Shown in pieces: positions 24,501-36,500 of a stretch of 64,000 nt of DNA. Every line of letters starts with the position of its first letter. Positions within the stretch are counted from its first letter, which is position 1. The stretch is from Ylistrum balloti. Its lineage: Eukaryota. The notes under the pieces were generated by a model, which was not told the origin of the DNA, ran no database searches, and was given only the letters and a program-made list of their open reading frames with translations. The stretch is from NCBI RefSeq assembly GCF_031769215.1, contig NW_026782147.1:558001-622000 (forward strand), in the 5' to 3' direction. Position numbers and translations under genes: made by a program.

Positions 24501-27500
24501 GTTTACAGACAACACTTGTCATTCAGAGTTATCACTTGTTTACAGACAACACTTGTCATTCAGAGTTAACACTTGTTTACAGACAACACTTGTCATTCAG
24601 AGTTAACACTTGTTTACAGACAACACTTGTCATTCAGAGTTAACACTTGTTTACAGACAACACTTGTCATTCAGAGTTAACACTTGTTTACAGACAACAC
24701 TTGTCATTCAGAGTTAACACTTGTTTACAGACAACACTTGTCATTCAGAGTTAACACTTGTTTACAGACAACACTTGTCATTCAGAGTTAACACTTGTTT
24801 ACAGACAACACTTGTCATTCAGAGTTAACACTTGTTTACAGACAACACTTGTCATTCAGAGTTAACACTTGTTTACAGACAACACTTGTCATTCAGAGTT
24901 AACACTTGTTTACAGACAACACTTGTCATTCAGAGTTAACACTTGTTTACAGACAACACTTGTCATTCAGAGTTAACACTTGTTTACAGACAACACTTGT
25001 CATTCAGAGTTAACACTTGTTTACAGACAACACTTGTCATTCAGAGTTAACACTTGTTTACAGACAACACTTGTCATTCAGAGTTAACACTTGTTTACAG
25101 AAAACACTTGTTGTTTACAAGTTCAGAACATGTTACTAACCAAAGATCACCAATATGAACAATCAGTGATAACATTTATCTAACTACATAGAACACTGGG
25201 AAGAGGACTTCCATAGGGTTGTTTGATTGCTGGATTTATCATTAACTGCATTCTTCTTGTAGTACTTGGTGGCTGCCTCTATGAACAGTATATGGGAGGC
25301 CCATCACATGTCATCCAGAGCAACTGGGTTAAAGTGTCTTGCTAAGTGTCATGACAGTACAGACCAGTCTATTTTTCAATTTCCTGAGAGGAGAAAATGG
25401 TCATGGTTTGGGAGTACTGAGCAACATGTAAGATTTTCAGCTGAAATTTTGTCAGCCCAACACTCTATCAAATGAGCTATTGTGGATATTAACAGTGTAA
25501 ATTAATATGAGTTCAGCTGTGAAGAGCTGGTCTGAGAAACTACTGTAATAAAATTTTCTAAGTTATCTGAATAATTTTCTATGTAAGCTACTAAATGTTT
25601 ACCATCTTGAGGGATGTCTTTGTCCGTGTGAGTACTGGTTCAGGAATCATGGGCAGATTAATACATTCAGGAATAAATACACTTCCTCCGTCTAAGTCTA
25701 CAATGATTACATCTAACTGAAAACAAAAGTAAAGCAGGGATAGATAATACTATCATAAAGTAAGTCTGGACAATAAGTTCACAATGACCATCTTACAAAT
25801 AGGAGATCCCAAAGCGATCTTAGTATCCATCATTAAATGATCTTTATTAAGTCTTTATTTACTAGAGATCTGCAAGGGATCTTGTACCCAATATACTGTA
25901 AAATCATTCATATTTGTGGGGGATATATTTTGGTTGCTTTCTGGGATATTCTAAATCCATATGTAATTACATAATCTCATTTGGCCATTCTAACTATGTA
26001 TGCTAAAAATTCATCAATATCTTTTATAGATAAAAATAAAAATTTGGGGAAAAAATAACCTTGTACACACATACAAGATCTGTAGAAAAATCAGTTGGAT
26101 TTCAGATTAAAACGTGCCTTTCAGAACAAATATCCATGCAAAACTCCAATTCTTTTTATGACAGGGTTTCTTCACTTGATTTAATTTTTTTAATTTTCAG
26201 TATTAGAGATACATTAGGCTGTCATGTTTTTAATCCTGAGCCTAAAGGCAAGGAGATACTCACGAGATCAGAGGCCTCATCCATGAGAGATGAATGAATA
26301 CCGGCCAGGAATGGGGTTGGAGTGTTGAGCACTTCTATCAGGGGTGCCGGTAGGATAGGAATATATACATAGCTGTAATGAAAGAATCTTTCAGTCAATC
26401 TACAAACATCAATCAAGACACTACAATATTTGTCATGGCAATACTTTCACTTTTTTTCGACAAGTTTTCAATTTTTAAACAGAAGCAGATGCAGTACTCA
26501 TGATCTAGGGAAGTTTACCCAAAATCCTACATATAAAACTCAACTACTTTATCTGTGAAATGTTTTTTTTTCTAAACTGATTCAATCTTAAGAAATTTGA
26601 TGCAATGTCAACATCCATGATTTATTTAAATGGAAAACCAAGCTTAAATGTACTCTCCAGTCAGGCCTGTTTTGAGGGCTTTTTGGGGGTAATAATGGGC
26701 CCCATTCCCAACTGAAATTATTTCATATTAAAGCCAATTTCCCAAAATCTGCAATTTACTCCTAATTCACTATTTTTCTTCCCAAAAGGAGACAAAAATG
26801 TCCAAACTCAAACCGGTGAAAAAAACCTTGACAGTGAAAGTGAAAGTTACATGGTCAGAGAAAAGTAAATGCCTTATTGTAAAGCAAGAAGCCTGCTTTA
26901 CCATATTATCAGATATCATTTGAGTAAAGCAATTTCTTATCAGAAATCTAATGATAAAAAAAATCTTGTGTTTCAATTATTTAGAAGGACTAAGGAAATC
27001 ATTTATCATTTTACCTGTACTTGAAGGGATAAAAAAGAACAGTGAGGGCTCGACAGGCATCTGTCAGACGAGAGTTACTCTGAGAGTGGAACAAAATCTT
27101 GTGGTCCGTCAATGCTGCACAGAAAAGCACCAAGGTATTCTGAATACCTGAAAAAAGAAGTCCAAACAGAATTAGACAAGTAAACAAAACAACCTTTGTT
27201 CTCGACCCAGACAAGTAAAAAAAACAACCTTTGTTCTCGACCCATCTTAAGATATTCTACTCTCTCACAGGCAGTCACTTTATACAGGCAACAGATGCCA
27301 CATACTTTCGCAGAAACAAAACAGACATTGTAAAGTACAAAAGTAATGCTTAGCAGTTTAATTAGTAGCAATGATGTCAATAGCCGTGATTGAAAGTATT
27401 GTAGGTATGTAGTTGTGTCTGTATTTACCCAGCTGTTTGAAGAGGAGGGCCACTGTATTGCCAGATACAGGGATGCTTGAACTAAGTGGAGGCTGTAAAG

Positions 27501-30500
27501 CCTGGCGGTCACCAGCCCCGATGGTGAACCGTACCTGGGGTCCACCTACAAAAAATTTACATATTACTTTAGTAATATAGCACTTTACTGGAAGTCCTCT
27601 GCACATCAAAATTTAACAATAGTATAACAAAGATGGGGCATGCTGTCTCAATGCACAGATCTATAATTATGACTCAACAGACCTGACCTGCACATATAAG
27701 ATAAATTCATTGTTTTGTTGCTTTATATGAGGAATTAAATCTCCTCTTTAGAAAATATTCAGATACTAGTATCTTGTGTATAGGTAACACTCACCTGTAG
27801 GAGGTATCTAGATACTGGTATCTATAGGTAACACCCACATATAGGAGGTATATACAGGTAACACTCACCTGTAGGAGGTATCTAGATACTGGTATCTATA
27901 GGTAACACTCACCTGTAGGAGGTATCTAGATACTGGTCTCTATAGGTAACACTCACCTCTAGGAGGTATCTAGATACTGGTATCTGTAGGTAACACCCAC
28001 ATATAGGAGGTATATACAGGTAACACTCACCTGTAGGAGGTATCTAGATACTGGTATCTATAGGTAACACTCACCTGTAGGAGGTATCTAGATACTGGTC
28101 TCTATAGGTAACACTCACCTCTAGGAGGTATCTAGATACTGGTATCTAGATACTGGTATCTATAGGTAACACTCACCTGTAGGAGGTATCTAGATACTGG
28201 TATCTATAGGTAACACTCACCTGTAGGAGGTATCTATATACTGGTCTCTATAAGTAACACTCACCTGTAGGAGGTATCTATATACTGGTCTCTATAAGTA
28301 ACACTCACCTGTAGGAGGTATCTATATACTGGTCTCTATAGGTAACACCCACCTGTAGGAGGTATCTAGATACTGGTCTCTATAAGTAACACTCACCTGT
28401 AGGAGGTATCTATATACTGGTCTCTATAAGTAACACTCACCTGTAGGAGGTATCTAGATACTGGTATCTATAGGTAACACTCACCTGTAGGAGGTATCTA
28501 TATACTGGTCTCTATAGGTAACACCCACCTGTAGGAGGTATCTAGTAACATACTGGTCTAGATACTGGTATCTAGGTAACACTCACCTGTAGGAGGTATC
28601 TAGATACTGGTATCTATAGGTAACACCCACCTGTAGGAGGTATCTATATACTGGTCTCTATAGGTAACACTCACCTGTAGGAGGTATCTAGATACTGGTA
28701 TCTATAGGTAACACCCACATATAGGAGGTATATACAGGTAACACTCACCTGTAGGAGGTATCTAGATACTGGTATCTATAGGTAACACCCACATATAGGA
28801 GGTATATACAGGTAACACCCACCTGTAGGAGGTATTTATATACTGGTCTCTATAAGTAACACTCACCTGTAGGAGGTATCTATATACTGGTCTCTATAGG
28901 TAACACTCACCTGTAGGAGGTATCTAGATACTGGTATCTATAGGTAACACCCACATATAGGAGGTATATACAGGTAACACTCACCTGTAGGAGGTATCTA
29001 GATACTGGTATCTATAGGTAACACTCACCTGTAGGAGGTATCTATATACTGGTCTCTATAGGTAACACCCACCTGTAGGAGGTATCTATATACTGGTCTC
29101 TATAGGTAACACCCACCTGTAGGAGGTATCTAGATACTGGTCTCTATAAGTAACACTCACCTGTAGGAGGTATCTATATACTTGTATTTATAGGTAACAC
29201 TTACATGTAGGAAGTATATTCAGGTAACACCCACATGTAGGAAGTATATACAGGTAACAGCCACCTGTAGGAGGTATATACATGTAACACTCACCTGTAG
29301 GAGGTATCTAGATACTGGTCTCTATAGGTAAAACCCACCTGTAAGAGATATATACAGGTAACACCCACCTGTACAAGGAACACTTACCTATAGGCGGTAC
29401 TTGAATACAGCCTAGTATGTTGCCCACCAGAGACTCCAACTGATAGTCCAGCTTATCAACATAGGTGGAGTAAATAATTCCGAGGCAGTTCTGGAACCAA
29501 TGTAAAATCTGATGAGTTATCCATACATAGAAAGTGAACTGACTAATGATGACATTTTTTTCTCATGTACAATATTTCATTTTTTCAGACGAAAAAAACC
29601 CCCATATGAATGCTGTAAAATCTGTGATCCTGGGTTTAGCAATATATAAAATTAGTTATATGGAGGCCTGTGTTACAGAAACAAAATTGTACTATACATC
29701 TATTAATTATACATGTATCTACACACTATTTTCAATGATCATTTTTATTGCACCTACCCTGAACACATCAAAGTAGTCAAGTCTTGAAACAAGGACGAGG
29801 GACTTCGGGGCGAACATGAGAGAGCTGTGAATCCCCGAAGGCTCATCCCCATCTGGGTCATCTCCCTTGGTACTCGTGATAGCGATTGTCTCGCTGAATG
29901 TCAGACATGTGCAGAAGTGCCGGTCTGCATCGATGTCTGTCAACACTGCCACGAAAAATTGTGGTGGCTCCCGGCGACTTGACAGCGACCATCCTACTGG
30001 TTGACAAAACTGGAAAAATGAAGGTGATGAATTTTGACATATATAAGCAATGTTTTGTGTCAACACTCCTCTCCAATCAGCCAGCCCACTGTTACTCTCA
30101 TTTAGTAATATATGTGGTATACTTTTGTATCAAAGTCCAAAATCTGTTATCATGCATGTAATCTTATGGGTAAAATAGCGAAAAAAATGACAATGGCAAA
30201 AAAAACTGTCTGTTGCTGTAAACTAATAGGCAATACACAAAGTAATTGGCTAATTACTTCCATGAATTCTGAACCACTGTTAAAAAACTTGAAGTGCAAG
30301 ATCTTCATTACGAACCCAGCGTGGGCTGCACATTCAATTAATTAGTCGACGACAGGTGAGCTAGCTTGCCAGAGAGCCTCTGAGAAACATGGATCAGTAA
30401 TGACATATTCACAGACCAAAACAACTTTTAATTCATCGAATGTGGTACAATACCCCGACAAAGAGCATTGTTTCCATAGCAACATGAAGGTCAATCCCAG

Positions 30501-33500
30501 TTATTTAAAAGCATGGCTTCACATACAGGTGACAAAGGCACTGATTGGATTCAAACATGTTTTTAAGTTTCATGTACCAAACATGGACTCCGCAGACTAA
30601 AACATTTAAGGAAATAAAATGTCTCCAATGCTAAAATCAACAGCATGTGTCCAATTTCACGAAAAAATGCAAGTCAAGTCAATAGCACATAATGTTAACT
30701 GAAAGTCATTATCTCTCGTGTAATTTGCTACGATAATTTTTTTGTGATTGCGTAATTCATGAAGTAAACAACACAAGAAAGAAAGTAAGTAGATAGTATC
30801 TACAGTGTCTTCCTTCCAGGTTCCACTATAACCAGAAAGAGCAGTATGGTATCCATGTTCCTGTTCCCTCCAAGGTACCACTAAATAAAGTTGTAGGACT
30901 AATAGGAAGTGTAAATATATCTCCAAATTGGCGCAAATTAGATTTTCAACTAAATTGTACATGTATTTACTGGTGGACTATGTGTAAGATTAAACTTGTG
31001 TGTGATATCTTAATTTGTCATCTTAGCAAGTTTGAAAAGTCAGACACAGATGCCTTCTTTTGTGTAGACATAAATACCCAATAATTACACAATAATAAAC
31101 ATGCTGCCAGAACAAGGACATTCAACAGTGAGATGATTCCTGGACACAATAGTAGTCACGAAGACGGAAAACCTGTCAACCAACCAACTAAGCAACCAAA
31201 GTTGCCAGAACACTGACGTTTGTGCGTGACACAATACCCAAACACAAGAGGAGTCAAGGAGACGGAAAACCTGTCAATCAACCAACCAAAAATAATAAAA
31301 AATGAATGGATAAAGAAGTGGCTGGTTCGACATTTTTCAAATTTTATTTTGACTAATTGCAGTACCCGGAGTGAAGTTACTCTATTTCCAAAATTAACAC
31401 TGGGGGGTGGGGGTAGCGGGAAGGAGACACAACGTCCCGCAAACATTAAAATCAGGAAGGTCCTTCCGGGAACAGCCGTGGATCCAAAAGGATACTGAGT
31501 ACCCACTCCTGACGTCTATTTCCAAAATTATGAGAATCCTGAATCCTGATTTGGAGACACCCGGAGGTCATTTGTATAAAACTGCAGATCAAAAACACAG
31601 AACTGTAGCAGATGATATGAATTTACAATTCATGAAGTGAAATAACTGGTGTACCCCAGTCAGCAACTATGTATGTATTATTCCCTTTCCATTAATAAAG
31701 GGGAACTCACCAGTTCTATCCCTTGTGTAAAAGGGCAGTTTTCCCAGTCCATTAATTAAGGGGAACTCACCAGTTCTATCCCTTGTGTAAAAGGGCAGTT
31801 TTCCCAGTCGGTTAATTAAGGGGAACTCACCAGTTCTATCCCTTGTGTAAAAGGGCAGTTTTCCCAGTCGGTTAATTAAGGGGAACTCACCAGTTCTATC
31901 CCTTGTGTAAAAGGGCAGTTTTCCCAGTCTGTTAATTAAGGGGAACTCACCAGTTCTATCCCTTGTGTAAAAGGGCAGTTTTCCCAGTCCGTTAATTAAG
32001 GGGAACTCACCAGTTCTATCCCTTGTGTAAAAGGGCAGTTTTCCCAGTCGGTTAATTAAGGGGAACTCACCAGTTCTATCCCTTGTGTAAAAGGGCAGTT
32101 TTCCCAGTCGGTTAATTAAGGGGAACTCACCAGTTCTATCCCTTGTGTAAAAGGGCAGTTTTCCCAGTCCATTAAATAAGGGGAACTCACCAGTTCTATC
32201 CCTTGTGTAAAAGGGCAGTTTTCTAAGTCCATTAATTAAGGGGAACTCACCAGTTCTATCCCTTGTGTAAAAGGGCAGTTTTCCCAGTCGGTGTCTGGAA
32301 ATCTCTGGATTATCTTTCCGCTGCTGGTGCCGCCTCCTGAAATAACGATAAATGAAAAACATAATGAAACAAAGTCTTGTACAAACGACTGTCAAGTTAA
32401 GTCTGTTAATTAGAATTATCAGTCAAGGAACTGCCAGTGCAGGGTCTTCAGAGTTGTGGCAACCTCACTGAACAACATGCAGGAGTCCCATCATATTGAA
32501 CAATTAGAGTAAAGTGTTTTGCCAAAGGACACATTCATTACAGTGCAGCATATCACTGATTTCAAGCTTCCTGAAAAACACAAAGTGGAGGGGATCAAAC
32601 CACACACTGCGGATTTTGAGAATCATTACAGTCCCTTAGTCAAGTTTATAGTTTGTATATGTAATCATTATGTAGAATGGGCATACATGCTAAATAATCA
32701 AATTCACATTCAGTAATATCTGTGTGCTGATTTGGGATGTCAAGACTCCTATATCTTTTCATTCCATTTCAACTTCAATATTATGTGACTTTCTAACCTC
32801 ACAATTTGATTTTTGCTGAAATTCAATAAATCCTTGATCTGGAGACCTCCTTTCACTCGGCTTTTCAATGTTACTGATTGCAATTATGCTTAACAGCTTT
32901 TCATTGAAGAACAATTGTTTCCATGCATCCTCTTTTTAATACACTACACAAAACAGCCAAAATATTCAAATCAACCAAATTGTTATGTTGACATTTTTGA
33001 TATTGTGCCTTTTATATGGCGCCTCAATAGTTCAAGAAAGACAATTGTTTTCGGCTAATTCATGGATATATCAGGGGTTTTTTCCACTGGTTAAAGATGG
33101 GGTATTTAAGCCTCGTTTTGGGAAGAAAATGGTTAAATTGGTGTTTCAGAGGTCCTTATTATTTTGATGCCTCTGCTAGCTTTCAAACCCAGTCCTCTGA
33201 TTTACTAATCTTTTGCTCAGCTGATTAAGGTAACGAGGAGATCTCTCCAAAACCTAGTTAATTGCAGCTAGTATTTTACCAGGATTTCACTAGGAAAGAA
33301 AATATCAGGAGTGAATTAATAGCAAATTGGAAATTTGAAATGGATACAAAATAATTTCAATTGGAAAAAGGTTATACCTAAACGTACCTATTTGTCTGTT
33401 AATAAAAGGCTTACTGAACTGAAGAATGGGATTGACTAGAAGCTTTTGTACTTTTTATACCTAAGAAAAGTTAATACATTTTGTACCTTTTCATAACTTT

Positions 33501-36500
33501 TTAGTACTAGATTGGAATCCTGGTCAAAAAATGGTTCCAATCTAGTATTAAAAGTTATTAATTTTTTGTACCAAAATAAATAACTATATGTCAAATGCTC
33601 AATAAAATGAAATGAAGGCATATTGGAGAATTCAATATGAATGGAAAAACTATATTGAATTTTCTAATATACTTTCATTTGATTTTATTGAGCATTTGAC
33701 TTTAATTAATAAGTTGGAACAGAAGTGGAGGATAGAATTGAGACAAGCAGCAGAAAATGGTAACACTATTACACCTATTAAACAAAAGGACACCTTTTCC
33801 TTAATTATAATTAAAAAAGACATGAAGTGTGTTTATAAAATGTTCATTGAAGAAATAGTTATTGGGCCATTAAAGTGTCAGGAAAAATGGAAGACAAAAA
33901 TAAATTTCTATGAAAGCATGAAATTTGATGATAGATACAATAATTCTTTTATATGTAATAGAGAAACCAAACTTCAAGCATTTCAACATAAAATCTGTCG
34001 TAGAATTCTTCCCACAAACTCTACTTTAGTATAAATGAGGATAACATCAAGCCAGCTTGGTACATTTTGTGAATTTATTGCTTGATATGCACTTTACAAA
34101 AATCAATTCAATTTTATATCCTTTCAAGATTTTTTGACATTTTGTTTGGAAATTCAAAGTTTGGGCCTTTTTAAATAATTGATTTTATTGTTAAAACATC
34201 ACTTTCACTATTGCAGCATGAAAGACAATGGAAATCAAGAAAGGCTAGCCATAAAAAATAATAATATACCCTGGTAACAGATTTTCAGACAAAATGGGGA
34301 TGATTTGAAGATGAATTGAACACATAAAAATCTTGTTCTGCTCTCCTTCCCACCACCTTCAATTATATTGTTTTTTAATCACCAAGTATGTGAAAATGTA
34401 ATAAATATTTGCAAAGATGATAGTTTGGTCACGCCATCTGACCAAGCTCCCCCCACCCCACCCTGGGTACCCTTTCGCACAAAGGTTAGGGTTAGACCCT
34501 ATATATCTTTGTGTATCTGTGTGTAAAAAGTAGAAGTTTATCTTGTATGCAAGTTATAAAACTGTTTGTGAAATAATAAAGGTAATACAGTTTGAATAGG
34601 GTTAATTAACTTTTATAGTAATTAATATTACGGTAAGGTAAAATTCTACAGGAGTGAGAGTTATGTTGTGTTTAGATTTTTGGTTTGTTTACTTTGTTTT
34701 ACTTTCTTTTTTGTGTGTTTGTGTGTGTCTTGAAAAACACTGTTTACTATGCTAGTAGATAACTGTAATTGCGTCTTAGTCAAGAAAATAATTAAAATTC
34801 ACTCTTTGGTTGGAAATATGAACATGACTGTAAAACTGAAAGTGTATGTGTATATGTGTGTACATGTATTTCATATTCTGGAATATGACAAGAGTGAATG
34901 ATGTGAGCAAGTATGAGAGACCTCCTGTGTGAGTACATGTATGTAATGTTACGTACATCTTGTCTTGGTCGATAAAATGTTTGCAGTAAAAAAAAAAGTA
35001 TAAAGTTTTGTACCTGTTTTTTGGTAAGGGGCCTGGGCTCATTTTTAGCCTGAAGATGTTATATTTACAATTAGATAAGTTATTATTGTACATACTTCCA
35101 ATAAAGGTAATCGTAAAGATGATTCTTGTTTACTGTTGCCGACATATATGTTAAATGTATTGTACATTGTACCAATGCAGCATAAGAAAAAACATGGTAT
35201 GGACAATGTTAAGTAATTATAAATACGTCATTGACAAAGTCAAGTACACATGTTATAATAAGAGAACAGTTGTAAGAGGTTTTTCATTTGATACGAGGAA
35301 TATCCTCTTGTCCTATCAACAGATCAAGTGCTTCATTAGGCAACTGACATTTAGGTTCACGTGACACCTCCAACTCTCGGTCCTGAAACAATACTGACAC
35401 ATACCATGAGCTAGTCACATTTCAGCACGAAATGGCACTGCCAGGATGACAGACGCTACAACAGCCCTTGAGAAATTTGCTGAAAAGGCATGTTTTTAAG
35501 TATGGAATCTTTAGTTCCAGAATGACTGACCTATTTCTAACAACGAGATCCTGTTACCTTTAGTCCTTTATATAACGGCTACATATCTATTGTGTACAAA
35601 TTTTGTTGTAATCCAGAATTACAAATTGTACAGTTGAATTGAACATGTACTAATATTTAAGGTGAATTCAATAGACTTCCAAACTTTAGTTAGGTGCTGA
35701 CAAAGACCTGACAATTCCTAACTTTAGACAGTTGCTGACATAGACCTGACAATGGACTGTTCCAAACTTTAGACAGGTGCTGACATTAAGCCGACATTGG
35801 ACTGTTCCAAACTTTAAACAAGTGATGACATATAGCTGGCAATGGACTGTTCCAAACTCTAAGGTTTCTGACTATAGAAATATCAAGGAGTAAAACATCA
35901 GGAGCACAGTGATTGGAATATCTTACCTGTCTGTGTTTTACCTGTAGAGGACCAACCAAATGACCATAAATAAAATGTAAGGACCAATGAAATTTGAAAA
36001 AAAAAAAAAAAATTATTTTCCTCAGAGTCCAAAAATGACCATTGATTTTCAGATTGTCCCAAAGTAAATTAGGCATAGTCTAACTTTATGCAAATACCGT
36101 GTCCTATGATGGTAGTTTGATACCGTTCTATTTCGTCTAACCCTACACCAGTAACGTAGCCCACATAGTGGTAGTATTCTCTATATTGCAATAATTTTGG
36201 GACTCGTACTTGTGGAACTCTACAAAATTTTGGGAAGCCAGAACATCTCTATATCTGTATGGTATCAAAAGCAGTAATAGTTCTAAACCGATCTTTCTAA
36301 CCTTACTCAGCACCAGTATGGTAATCCATGCAGTGGTAATTCTCTTCATATCATAGACATATTTATATCATCTAACTCTACACCTGTACGAGGTCCCACA
36401 CAGTAAGAGTTTTACACCTATATTTAGATATAACTCGGCACCAGTATGGTGTCCTATACAGTGGTAGTTCTCTCTATAACATAATATCTTCATATAGTAC

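Noticed and set aside
31667-32395. 242-aa ORF with [18 protein letters not shown] repeats
   Set aside because: This is the wrong frame. The real coding frame ([23 protein letters not shown]) is SBF exon 2, and the rest is the amplified junction.
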